Assembly (NCBI RefSeq): GCF_000196555.1
Contig: NC_015067.1
Span: 420,001 to 452,000, forward strand
Source of the DNA: Bifidobacterium longum subsp. longum JCM 1217
GTDB taxonomy: Bacteria > Actinomycetota > Actinomycetes > Actinomycetales > Bifidobacteriaceae
DNA length: 32,000 bases
Reading direction: 5' to 3'
In this document: positions 1 to 8,124 of the stretch, in pieces
Position numbering within the stretch: the first letter of the stretch is position 1
How the letters are laid out: each line of letters begins with the position of its first letter
Translations under genes and position numbers: made by a program
The notes under the pieces: generated by a model
The model's input: only the letters and a program-made list of their open reading frames with translations
Database searches by the model: none
What the model was told of the DNA's origin: nothing

Positions 1-1203
1 GGCCCCGTCATGGTGTACGAAGCTCTGAAGCCGTACGCTGACGCTGGCATCTCCGCCCGCTACATCTCCAACATCGACCCGAACGACCTGGCCGAGAAGA
101 CCAAGGGCCTCGACCCGGAGACCACCCTGTTCATCATCGTCTCCAAGACCTTCACCACCCTGGAGACCCTGACCAACGCTCGCGAAGCCCGCACCTGGCT
201 GCTCGAAGAGCTCACCGCCAACGGCGCCATCGCCGAGGGCGACGAGGCTCAGAAGGCCGAGGCCATCAAGAAGCACTTCGTCGCCGTCTCCACCAACCTA
301 GAGAAGGTCGAGGAGTTCGGCATCGACCCGAACAACGCGTTCGGCTTCTGGAACTGGGTTGGCGGCCGTTACTCCGTCGATTCCGCCGTCGGCACCTCCC
401 TGGCCGTGATCTTCGGCCCGGCCCGTTTCGAGGAGTTCCTGCACGGCTTCCACGAGATCGACGAGTACTTCGCCAACACCCCGTTCGAGAAGAACGTCGT
501 GGTGCTGCTCGGCATGCTGAACGTCTGGTACCGCAACTTCTTCAAGGTTGCTTCCCACGCCGTGCTGCCGTACGACCAGTACCTGCACCGCTTCCCGGCT
601 TACCTGCAGCAGCTGACCATGGAGTCCAACGGCAAGTCCGTGCGTTGGGACGGCACCCCCGTCACCTCCGAGACCGGCGAGATCTTCTGGGGCGAGCCTG
701 GCACCAACGGCCAGCACGCCTTCTACCAGCTGATTCACCAGGGCACCCAGCTCATTCCGGCCGACTTCATCGCGTTCGTCAACACCCCGAACCCGACCAA
801 GGACGGCGACCAGGACGTGCACGAGCTGTTCCTGGGCAACTACTTCGCTCAGACCAAGGCTCTGGCATTCGGCAAGACCGCTGACGAGGTTCGCGCCGAG
901 GGTACTCCGGAAGAGATCGTTCCGGCCCGCGTGTTCTCCGGCAACCGTCCGACCACCTCCATCTTCGGTGTGGCTCTGACCCCGTTCGCACTCGGCGAGC
1001 TCATCGCCCTGTACGAGCACATCACCTTCGTGGAAGGCACCGTCTGGGGCCTCGACTCCTACGACCAGTGGGGCGTCGAGCTCGGCAAGCAGCTTGCCAA
1101 GCAGATCACCCCGGCCATCTCCCAGGACGACGACGCCCTCGCCGCCCAGGACGCCTCCACCCAGAGCCTGATCAAGTTCTACCGCGCAAATCGCGAATTC
1201 TGA
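1..1203 (+). CDS. pgi: glucose-6-phosphate isomerase, C-terminal ~400 aa (5' end outside window)
   Basis: Frame is open from base 1 and in frame with track ORF 10..1203. Translation carries PGI-family blocks ([46 protein letters not shown]). TGA stop at 1201-1203. Confidence 0.95.
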   Translation, partial: GPVMVYEALKPYADAGISARYISNIDPNDLAEKTKGLDPETTLFIIVSKTFTTLETLTNAREARTWLLEELTANGAIAEGDEAQKAEAIKKHFVAVSTNLEKVEEFGIDPNNAFGFWNWVGGRYSVDSAVGTSLAVIFGPARFEEFLHGFHEIDEYFANTPFEKNVVVLLGMLNVWYRNFFKVASHAVLPYDQYLHRFPAYLQQLTMESNGKSVRWDGTPVTSETGEIFWGEPGTNGQHAFYQLIHQGTQLIPADFIAFVNTPNPTKDGDQDVHELFLGNYFAQTKALAFGKTADEVRAEGTPEEIVPARVFSGNRPTTSIFGVALTPFALGELIALYEHITFVEGTVWGLDSYDQWGVELGKQLAKQITPAISQDDDALAAQDASTQSLIKFYRANREF

Positions 1204-1303
1204 TTCGCTTTGCTCGGTCAGAATTCGTGATTCGCGCGACCGCGGCTGTGCTGTCTGGTGGGCAGTCTGGCGACTGCCCACGTCGCGAATTCTGATTCGC
1301 TTT
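1191..1303. repeat. 21-bp perfect direct repeat TCGCGAATTCTGATTCGCTTT (1191-1211 and 1283-1303) bracketing 71 bp
   Basis: Read directly. The first copy contains the last pgi codons plus the stop (cgc gaa ttc tga). The insert holds a third degenerate copy (GAATTCGTGATTCGC, 1221-1235) and a perfect 9-bp-stem hairpin, GTGGGCAGT (1258-1266) / ACTGCCCAC (1273-1281). Confidence 0.9.
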
Positions 1304-1306
1304 TCT

Positions 1307-1388
1307 AGCTCCCCTCAATACTGAGGGGAGCTGTCAGCGAAGCTGACTGAGAGGGAGTTATGGAACGCTCCGTATGCTCCCCCCTCAA
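1307..1388 (+). repeat. REP-like multi-hairpin element, family 1, copy A
   Basis: AGCTCCCCTCA-atac-TGAGGGGAGCT (1307-1332), GTCAGC-gaa-GCTGAC (1333-1347), TGAGAGGGAG (1348-1357), and a further complementary GCTCCCCCCTCA at ~1376-1387. Same architecture as 8125-8174 and 28259-28307. Confidence 0.85.
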
Positions 1389-1834
1389 CTATGACTGTTG
1401 CCGGCGGCGAAACTACTGGAATAATCACCGTCCATCGGACTCTCACCTTCTTCAAGCCGTGCGCTGAAACGCCAAATCAATACCATCGTCGGTATCCATG
1501 CGACCAGCAGGAGGGACGGAAAGTATTCGAATCCGCCATCCGTGCTGCCTCGGCCAAACTGATGCGTTAATAACGGAGAGAGACGACGACACGCCGATAC
1601 TGTCCGCAATAATCCGTAAAATGGTCGATTGCTGTGTCGAGAAGTGGGCCGCCGCATAAGCCCACGTCTCCATGGGTCCAGCCCGAACGGCCGCAAGGCC
1701 TGACTTTCGGCGGATCGGCAGGCTTCCCAAGGGCAAACTCGAGGGATAACGAGAACAGGCCAACGCGCGCGATGCGTAATCGCGTGGATGGCCCCAGATC
1801 TGTGGCTGATATGCGGCAGCACTGAAGGAAAACA

Positions 1835-2200
1835 ATGGTTAACGCTGTTGAGGCTTTTGACGCCAAGCACATGAAGCCGGCCGAGGAAATCCCGGCCTTC
1901 CGTCCCGGCGACACCGTCGACGTGAACGTGAAGATCCAGGAAGGCAACAACTCCCGTATCCAGACCTTCACCGGCGTGGTGATCGCTCGTAAGGGCGCTG
2001 GCGTGCGTGAGACCTTCGTGGTCCGCAAGATCAGCTTCGGCACTGGTGTGGAGCGTCGCTTCCCGGTGCACTCCCCGTCCATCGACTCCATCAAGCTCGT
2101 GCGTAAGGGCCGTGTGCGCCGCGCCAAGCTGTACTACCTGCGCGCTCTGCGCGGTAAGGCCGCTCGTATTGCCGAGCGCCGCGACAACTCTGCTAAGTGA
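1835..2200 (+). CDS. rplS: 50S ribosomal protein L19
   Basis: 121-aa ORF with the typical L19 sequence ([33 protein letters not shown]...[18 protein letters not shown]...RRAKLYYLR). AAGGAA lies upstream of the ATG. Confidence 0.95.
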   Translation: MVNAVEAFDAKHMKPAEEIPAFRPGDTVDVNVKIQEGNNSRIQTFTGVVIARKGAGVRETFVVRKISFGTGVERRFPVHSPSIDSIKLVRKGRVRRAKLYYLRALRGKAARIAERRDNSAK

Positions 2201-2261
2201 GTCGATTCGCGGGTGCAATCGTGAGCCTGATGATGCAGGCGCGCGAATAAACCGTGAAATT

Positions 2262-2304
2262 CAGCCCGGAACCGTTTCGGTTTCGGGCTGTTTTCGTATT
2301 TTCC
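2262..2304 (+). terminator. Rho-independent terminator downstream of rplS
   Basis: CAGCCCGGAACCG-ttt-CGGTTTCGGGCTG is a 13-bp stem with one G-U pair (2262-2290), followed by TTTTCGTATTTTCC. Confidence 0.8.
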
Positions 2305-2366
2305 ACGTATGATGGACGGGCGCCGGCACCCCTCATATCCGGCAGCATGAATCGCGAGGAGATGGT

Positions 2367-3224
2367 ATGCAGGACGATCAGGATAACGGCGAATTCCCGA
2401 TTTCCGACAATCCGGAGAGCAACCAGACCTCGTATGATGACGAGGCCGATGCCCGCGATTCCCGTACGTTCCAAGTCGCCGACCACGGCATCGCCCTGTC
2501 CCCGGTTCCCCCGGCACCGGCGCGCCCGGCGCACGCCGCTTCTTCCGCTGGCGCGGGTGCAGCCGCTGGCGCGAATGCCGCGGCAGCATCATCGTCAGAT
2601 GATGACCACTTCACCCTACGCGACTTTTTCCTGTGGTGCGGCGTTCCCGTGCTTATCGTGCTGCTGATTCGCATTTTCGCCGTCGGCTTTTACGAGATTC
2701 CTTCGCGCTCGATGATGGACACCATGGTGCCCGGCGATCGCGTGGTGACCAGCAAGCTCACCCCCAAGATCTTCGATTTGCAGCGCGGCGACGTCGTGGT
2801 ATTCAAAGATCCCAACAACTGGTTGAACGAGGAGCAGAGCAGCGCTCCCGGTGGCGGGTACCTCATCAAGCGACTGATCGGCCTGCCCGGTGACGTGGTC
2901 GAATGCAAGGGCGCGGGCCAGCCGGTGACCATCAACGGCGTGGCCATCAATGAGACCTCCTACATTCGCCCCGGCGTGGACCCGAGCGCCTTCCCGTTCT
3001 CGGTAACCGTGACCGAGGGCCGCGTGTTCGTCATGGGCGACAATCGCGCCAATTCCGCCGACTCCCGCTATCATCAGGATGACGGCGATCGCGGCTTGGT
3101 TCCCATCTCCGATGTGGTCGGAGTCGGAATCGCGAAATACTGGCCGCTTGACCGGCTTGGTGCGATTGATGACCACCACGAAGTCTTCAAGGACGTGCCT
3201 GACGCTTCCGGCTCGAATTCCTGA
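2367..3224 (+). CDS. lepB: signal peptidase I (S26 family) with a long Ala/Ser-rich N-terminal region
   Basis: Motifs IPSRSMMDTM (Ser nucleophile box), YLIKRLIGLPGD (Lys box) and GDNRANSADSRY. GAGGAG lies 5 nt upstream of the ATG at 2367. Confidence 0.9.
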   Translation: MQDDQDNGEFPISDNPESNQTSYDDEADARDSRTFQVADHGIALSPVPPAPARPAHAASSAGAGAAAGANAAAASSSDDDHFTLRDFFLWCGVPVLIVLLIRIFAVGFYEIPSRSMMDTMVPGDRVVTSKLTPKIFDLQRGDVVVFKDPNNWLNEEQSSAPGGGYLIKRLIGLPGDVVECKGAGQPVTINGVAINETSYIRPGVDPSAFPFSVTVTEGRVFVMGDNRANSADSRYHQDDGDRGLVPISDVVGVGIAKYWPLDRLGAIDDHHEVFKDVPDASGSNS

Positions 3225-3343
3225 GTCTTTTTTTGAACCGTGTGAGTCTTTGAACTGATTGAGTTCCGGGCCGTCTGAACCCTGAACCATATGAATCCTG
3301 GACCGTCTGAATCCTAACCATTGTGAGACGATGGGAGCCGCGC

Positions 3344-4183
3344 ATGATTACCCCGACACTTGACTTGGAACGCAGCCTTGCGGCCCAGGGCTATGACCTT
3401 ATCGCTGGATTCGATGAAGTCGGCCGCGGCGCGCTCGCCGGCCCGGTGATGGTCGGGTGCGCCGCCATTTGGGCCCGTGATTTGGAGCCGTTGGATGGCG
3501 ATGATGCCGTCGAACTGTCCGGGCGGACCTACCTCGGCGTGCCGGACGGCGTGGCCGACTCCAAAATGCTCACCGAACATAGGCGCGAGGCGATTTTCGA
3601 CGAACTGCGCGACTGGTGCGCGGCCTACGCCGTAGGCCAGGCCAGCAACACCGAGATCGACGAATGGGGCATCACCTACGCGCTCGGCGTGGCCGCCCTG
3701 CGCGCGCTCAGCCAAGTCGAACGCGAACTTGGCTTACGACTTAGAGGGGAATCGACGATAAAAAAGGCTTCGGGGGAGTCTGCGGGGAAGATTGTGGAAG
3801 GTCGTCCGGGAGGCTCCGTAGGGGAATCCATTGGAAATTGCGAGGGAAGCGTTCGCGCTCTGCCCAAAGTCGCCGGAATTCTCGACGGGCCGAGCGATTA
3901 CATCACCAAGGCGCTCAACACGTTCGACGCGCCGGACGTGCCGATTCCAGCCGACATAACGACCAAAGTCAAAGGCGACCAGCATTGCGCCACCGTCGCC
4001 ACCGCGGCGGTCATCGCCAAAGTGACCCGAGACCGGCTGATGGTCGACCTCGCGCAAAGCAACCCACGTTACGCCGCCTACGAATGGGCTCATAACAAGG
4101 GCTATGGTTCCGCCGCACACCGTACCGCCATCGCCGAGCACGGGCCGACTCCGCTCCATCGTGTCTCATGGCACCTGACCTGA
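3344..4183 (+). CDS. rnhB: ribonuclease HII
   Basis: GFDEVGRGALAGPV metal-binding box, DSKML and KGDQHC...ASVIAKV-like blocks. The start is placed at ATG 3344 (GGGAG 6 nt upstream); the track ORF begins at an upstream GTG at 3323. Contains a ~40-aa Gly/Glu/Ser-rich insertion (~3730-3860). Confidence 0.88.
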   Translation: MITPTLDLERSLAAQGYDLIAGFDEVGRGALAGPVMVGCAAIWARDLEPLDGDDAVELSGRTYLGVPDGVADSKMLTEHRREAIFDELRDWCAAYAVGQASNTEIDEWGITYALGVAALRALSQVERELGLRLRGESTIKKASGESAGKIVEGRPGGSVGESIGNCEGSVRALPKVAGILDGPSDYITKALNTFDAPDVPIPADITTKVKGDQHCATVATAAVIAKVTRDRLMVDLAQSNPRYAAYEWAHNKGYGSAAHRTAIAEHGPTPLHRVSWHLT

Positions 4184-4202
4184 GCCGCGTGCGACACGAC
4201 AG

Positions 4203-4216
4203 TGTGAGCGCTAACG
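4203..4216. promoter_or_regulatory. LacI-family operator-like imperfect palindrome TGTGAGCGCTAACG upstream of the regulator gene
   Basis: Differs by only 1 nt from the site at 5514-5527 and lies ~95 nt upstream of the regulator start. A weaker relative, TGTGGACGCGCTAA, follows at ~4226-4239. Confidence 0.65.
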
Positions 4217-4309
4217 CAAAACTGTTGTGGACGCGCTAAAGTCAGTATTGATTAAGGTACAAGCCTGGCCGTGCACGGATGCCGGCCGCCAGCGGGGAGG
4301 TTAGGCAAT

Positions 4310-5425
4310 ATGGTGACCAGCCGCAAGCCAAGCAAACGTCCGTCCATGTTCGAAGTGGCCAAGCTCGCCGGAGTCAGCCACCAAACCGTCTCCCGTGTGA
4401 TCAATGACTCGCCGGACGTTTCCGACGCCACCCGTGCGCGAGTCCAGACCGCCATTGACCAACTCGGCTACCGCCCCTCCAACTCCGCGCGCGCACTGGC
4501 TTCCCGCCGTTCGCGCACCATAGGGCTGATCGCCGGAGGCCTCAAATTCTTCGGCCCGATTTCCTCCATCTCCTCCATCGAATCCATGGCCCGCGAGCAC
4601 GGTCTGTTCATGAGCGTGATGATGGTCCACGAGGCCTTGTGCGCGCAGGCCGACTTCGACAACCTGTGCGACACCTTCAACGAGCAGAACGTCGACGCCT
4701 TCATCTTCCTGACCCCGACCGACGTGATGTTCGCCGCCGCCTGCCGTGCACGAGTCACTCAGCCGCGCGTCATCGTCACCGCCACCCACGGCCAAATGAC
4801 CGTGCGTGAGGGATTGGGCCTTATCTCCACCGAAAACAAGCGTCGCACTGCGCTGGTCGGTATCGACCAGTGGGGTGCAATGGCCAAAGTGGTGGCCTTG
4901 CTGGGCGAATACGGGCACAAATCGGCTCTGTATTTTGCCGGTCCCAACGAATGGCGCGACGCCCACACCCGACTGGATGCGTGGCGCAAGCTCGCCGCCT
5001 CCCGATCCATCGATTCACAGATCGTGCGCTGCCATACGTGGGATGCCTCTGAGGCATATGCGCACATGAATCATCTCATTGATGAGTATGGGCGTCGAGG
5101 CGCGGCGTTGCCCACCGCGGTCGTCGCCGCGAACGACAATCAGGCCGTCGGCATCATGCGCGCGTTGCATGAGCATGGGCTTCGGATTCCGCAAGACATC
5201 AGCGTGGTCGGATTCGACGACATGTCTGGCGTGGATAACATGTACCCACCGCTGACCACCGTGCATCCCGATTTCGAGGGGCTCGGCGTGGCCGCCATGC
5301 GAGAGACGCTGCGCTTGCTGGGGGAGGGCGGCGAGCCGACCTTCCTGACCACCCAGCACGGCATGGGGCTGATTCCCGCCGAGGTGCGTGCTCGGCGGTC
5401 CTTGGGGCCGGCTCCTCGGCGGTAA
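4310..5425 (+). CDS. araQ: LacI-family transcriptional regulator adjacent to araBDA (AraQ-like)
   Basis: N-terminal HTH (MFEVAKLAGVSHQTVSRVINDSPDVSDATRARVQTAIDQLGYRPSNSAR) plus a periplasmic-binding-protein-like sugar domain. Start placed at ATG 4310 (GGGGAGG 9 nt upstream) rather than the track GTG at 4271. The araQ name is inferred from its position next to araBDA in bifidobacteria. Confidence 0.85.
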   Translation: MVTSRKPSKRPSMFEVAKLAGVSHQTVSRVINDSPDVSDATRARVQTAIDQLGYRPSNSARALASRRSRTIGLIAGGLKFFGPISSISSIESMAREHGLFMSVMMVHEALCAQADFDNLCDTFNEQNVDAFIFLTPTDVMFAAACRARVTQPRVIVTATHGQMTVREGLGLISTENKRRTALVGIDQWGAMAKVVALLGEYGHKSALYFAGPNEWRDAHTRLDAWRKLAASRSIDSQIVRCHTWDASEAYAHMNHLIDEYGRRGAALPTAVVAANDNQAVGIMRALHEHGLRIPQDISVVGFDDMSGVDNMYPPLTTVHPDFEGLGVAAMRETLRLLGEGGEPTFLTTQHGMGLIPAEVRARRSLGPAPRR

Positions 5426-5470
5426 ATTGGCCCTGTTATCAAACCGTTATGATGCGTGACACGGTATAAG

Positions 5471-5499
5471 TTGTGTCGAATGCAGGTTATCGGTACAAT
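5471..5499 (+). promoter_or_regulatory. candidate sigma-70-type promoter of araBDA (-35 TTGTGT 5471-5476, 17-nt spacer, -10 TACAAT 5494-5499)
   Basis: Hexamers and spacing read from the sequence. The operator lies immediately downstream. Confidence 0.55.
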
Positions 5500-5513
5500 G
5501 TTTTTTGGGAAAT

Positions 5514-5527
5514 TGTGAGCGCTAACA
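5514..5527. promoter_or_regulatory. LacI-family operator TGTGAGCGCTAACA between the ara promoter and araB
   Basis: 14-bp imperfect palindrome (12 of 14 positions self-complementary), ~15 nt downstream of the -10 element and 54 nt upstream of the araB ATG. Confidence 0.7.
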
Positions 5528-5580
5528 CCCTCCCCAAGGAAGGGGATAACAACGCCGGCGCTCCAAGGCAAAGGAAAGAT

Positions 5581-7227
5581 ATGGCAGCAACCGACAACGC
5601 GGCCGAGCAGGTCGCCCACATCGCCGAGAAGATTCGCGCTGGCAAGACCACGCTGGGCATCGAATTCGGCTCCACCCGCATCAAGGCCGTCCTCATCGAC
5701 GACAACTTCCAGACCATCGCCTCCGGCGACTACAGCTGGGCCTCTCACTTGGAGGATGGTCTGTGGAGCTACACCACCGAGGAGATCTGGGGCGGTTTGC
5801 AGTCCGCTTACGCCTCCATGGCCAACGACGTCGAGACCGTCTATGGCGAGAAGCTCACGCACGTCGGCCACATCGGCTTCTCCGCCATGATGCACGGTTA
5901 CCTCGCATTCGACGAGGCCGGCGAACTGCTGGTGCCGTTCCGCACCTGGCAGAACACCAACACCTCCGAAGCTCACAAGAAGCTCTCCGAGCTGTTCCAG
6001 TACAACATCCCCGAGCGTTGGTCCATCGCTCACCTGTACCAGGCCGTGCTCAACAAGGAAGAGCACGTCTCCAAGGTGGCTTACTTCACCACACTCGCCG
6101 GTTACGTGCACTGGAAGCTCACCGGTAAGAAGGTCCTCGGCGTGGGCGATGCCTCCGGCATGTTCCCGATTGACCCGACCACTCACACTTACGAAACCGC
6201 ATTCATTGAGAAGTTCGACGCTCTACCTGAGGTCGCAGCCCAGCCGTGGAAGCTGGAGAACCTGCTTCCTGAGCCGCTTGTGGCCGGCACTCCGGCTGGC
6301 GAGCTGACCGAGGAAGGCGCCAAGCTGCTCGATCCGTCCGGCGCCCTGAAGCCCGGCATCGTGCTCGCCCCGCCTGAGGGCGACGCCGGTACTGGCATGG
6401 TGGCCACCAACTCCGTGCGCGTACGCACTGGTAACGTCTCCGCCGGCACCTCCATCTTCGCCATGGTGGTTCTGGAGCACAAGCTCAAGGCCCTCCACCC
6501 TGAGGTTGACTTGGTCACCACCCCGGCCGGCGATCTGGCCGGTATGAGCCACGCCAACAACTTCACCTCCGACCTCAACGCTTGGGTCGGCCTGTTCGGC
6601 CAGTTCGCCAAGGCTATCGGCCAGCCGGTTGACGCAGGTATGCTGTACGGCACCCTGTTCCGCGCGGCCATCGCCGACGACGTGGACGCCAACTGCGGCG
6701 GCCTGCTGAACTACCCGTTCCGTTCCGGCGAATTCCTGGCCGGTCTGCCTGAAGGTCGCCCGCTGTTCGCCCGCAGCCCCGAAGCCAACATGACCCTCGG
6801 CAACTTCATGCGCGCCCAGCTGTTCTCCGCGTTCTCCCCGGTCAAGATCGGCATGGACGTGATGACCAAGCAGGAGCGCGTGCAGGTCGACTCTCTCGTG
6901 GGCCACGGCGGCATCTTCGCCACTCCGAAGGTGGCTCAGAAGATTCTCGCTGCTGCCTTCAACACCCCGATCAAGGTCATGTCCACCGCCGCCGAAGGTG
7001 GCGCCTGGGGCATGGCCGTGCTCGCCAACTACCTGTGGAACACCAACGAGGATCACAGCAACCTCGCTGACTTCCTTGACGGTTGCGTGTTCAAGGACGC
7101 CCAGTCCACCACTGAGAAGCCGGTGGCTTCCGATGTGGTTGGTTTCGAGGACTTCTTCGCCCGCTTCACCAAGGGCCTGCCCATCGAGCACGCCGCCATC
7201 GAAACCATCAACCTCGAAGATAAGTAA
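5581..7227 (+). CDS. araB: L-ribulokinase (FGGY carbohydrate kinase family)
   Basis: Start at ATG 5581 (AAGGAAAG upstream); the track ORF starts earlier inside the promoter/operator. N-terminal LGIEFGSTRIKAVLID actin-fold phosphate motif, ~549 aa, directly upstream of araD and araA. Confidence 0.9.
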   Translation: MAATDNAAEQVAHIAEKIRAGKTTLGIEFGSTRIKAVLIDDNFQTIASGDYSWASHLEDGLWSYTTEEIWGGLQSAYASMANDVETVYGEKLTHVGHIGFSAMMHGYLAFDEAGELLVPFRTWQNTNTSEAHKKLSELFQYNIPERWSIAHLYQAVLNKEEHVSKVAYFTTLAGYVHWKLTGKKVLGVGDASGMFPIDPTTHTYETAFIEKFDALPEVAAQPWKLENLLPEPLVAGTPAGELTEEGAKLLDPSGALKPGIVLAPPEGDAGTGMVATNSVRVRTGNVSAGTSIFAMVVLEHKLKALHPEVDLVTTPAGDLAGMSHANNFTSDLNAWVGLFGQFAKAIGQPVDAGMLYGTLFRAAIADDVDANCGGLLNYPFRSGEFLAGLPEGRPLFARSPEANMTLGNFMRAQLFSAFSPVKIGMDVMTKQERVQVDSLVGHGGIFATPKVAQKILAAAFNTPIKVMSTAAEGGAWGMAVLANYLWNTNEDHSNLADFLDGCVFKDAQSTTEKPVASDVVGFEDFFARFTKGLPIEHAAIETINLEDK

Positions 7228-7235
7228 GCCTTTCT

Positions 7236-7259
7236 GACCTCCCTCTATTGAGGGAGGTC
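7236..7259 (+). other. intercistronic perfect hairpin GACCTCCCTC-tatt-GAGGGAGGTC between araB and araD
   Basis: 10-bp perfect stem beginning 9 nt after the araB stop. Only a weak U-tract follows (gattttg). Possible attenuator or mRNA-processing/stabilising stem. Confidence 0.6.
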
Positions 7260-7311
7260 CTTGAGATTTTGAAAAAACGTCCATCCATCACAGTGGAAAG
7301 GAAAACCAATA

Positions 7312-8004
7312 ATGGCAACTTTGGCTGATTACGGCCCCGAGGTTCGCGCCGAGGTCAAGCAGGTTCGTGAGGTCGTCTCCAACCTGCACCAGCAGCTGAT
7401 CAAGTGGAACCTGGTCGTGTGGACCGCGGGCAACGTTTCCCAGCGTCTGCACACCGCCGACCTGTTCGTCATCAAGCCCTCCGGCCTGCGCTACGAGTAC
7501 CTGACCCCGTCCTCCATGGTCGTGTGCGACCTTGACGGCAACGTGGTCGACGGCACCGAAGCCCCGTCCTCGGACACCGCTTCCCACGCCTACATCTACC
7601 GCAACATGCCCGACGTCTACGGTGTCGTGCACACCCACTCCACCTACGCCACCGCTTGGGCTGCCACTGGTCAGAACATCCCGTGCGGCCTGACGATGAT
7701 GGGTGACGAGTTCGGCGGCCCGGTGCCGGTCGGCCCGTTCCGTCTGATCGGCTCCGAGGCGATCGGCAAGGGTGTCGTCGAGACCCTCAAGAAGTACCCG
7801 AAGTCCCCGGCCGTCCTCATGCAGAACCATGGCCCCTTCACCATCGGCAAGGATGCTGAAGGCGCCGTCAAGGCCGCTGCCATGACCGAGGAAGTCGCTC
7901 ACACCATGTGGGCCGCCCGTCAGCTCGGTGACATCATCGAGATCGACCAGGCCGACATCGATAAGCTCAACGACCGCTACCAGAACGTCTACGGTCAGCA
8001 CTGA
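7312..8004 (+). CDS. araD: L-ribulose-5-phosphate 4-epimerase
   Basis: 230-aa class II aldolase/adducin-fold protein (GNVSQR..., VVHTHSTYATAWA, His ligands), sitting between araB and araA. Confidence 0.93.
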   Translation: MATLADYGPEVRAEVKQVREVVSNLHQQLIKWNLVVWTAGNVSQRLHTADLFVIKPSGLRYEYLTPSSMVVCDLDGNVVDGTEAPSSDTASHAYIYRNMPDVYGVVHTHSTYATAWAATGQNIPCGLTMMGDEFGGPVPVGPFRLIGSEAIGKGVVETLKKYPKSPAVLMQNHGPFTIGKDAEGAVKAAAMTEEVAHTMWAARQLGDIIEIDQADIDKLNDRYQNVYGQH

Positions 8005-8100
8005 TTTGATGGAGTGTCCGCCGCGTTACGGAAGGCCCGACGTACCTTCGTACGCCTTCGCCTTCCGCGCCTTGCGGACACACACATCAAATCAGCGCTG
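7996..8100 (+). repeat. ~105-bp palindromic element, family 2, copy 1; its left arm overlaps the last two codons and stop of araD
   Basis: CAGCACTGATTTGATGGAGTGTCCGC ... GCGGACACACACATCAAATCAGCGCTG, with a 28-nt core CGACGTACCTTCGTACGCCTTCGCCTTC (8038-8065) identical to 9786-9813. Confidence 0.8.
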
Positions 8101-8124
8101 ACTCCGCCAGCACGGTGGTGTCTT

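Noticed and set aside
1440-1830. Possible RNase P RNA, tmRNA or tRNA-like gene. Cues were GCCGAAAGTCAGGCC on the minus strand and a TTCGAATCC-like string at ~1524-1534.
   Set aside because: The flanking sequence does not form the P4 pairing and lacks the conserved GGUAAGAGCGCACC or ACAGAA-CCGGCUUA blocks of RNase P. There is no GGGG...CCACCA tRNA-like ends or T-arm complementarity for tmRNA or tRNA. Kept only as an unexplained region in findings.
1385-2218. 277-aa minus-strand ORF, plus 1452..1835(-) and 1567..2127(-)
   Set aside because: They overlap rplS in antisense and continue through the low-GC non-coding region. No RBS and no protein-like composition.
3225-3322. Short direct repeats between lepB and rnhB: CCGTCTGAA(C/T)CCT(G)AACCAT at ~3271-3290 and ~3303-3321, TGAGTCTTT twice, and a T7 run at 3229-3235
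   Set aside because: They are short and degenerate, with no convincing stem preceding the T-run. Likely slippage products in a spacer; insufficient to call a terminator or regulatory site.
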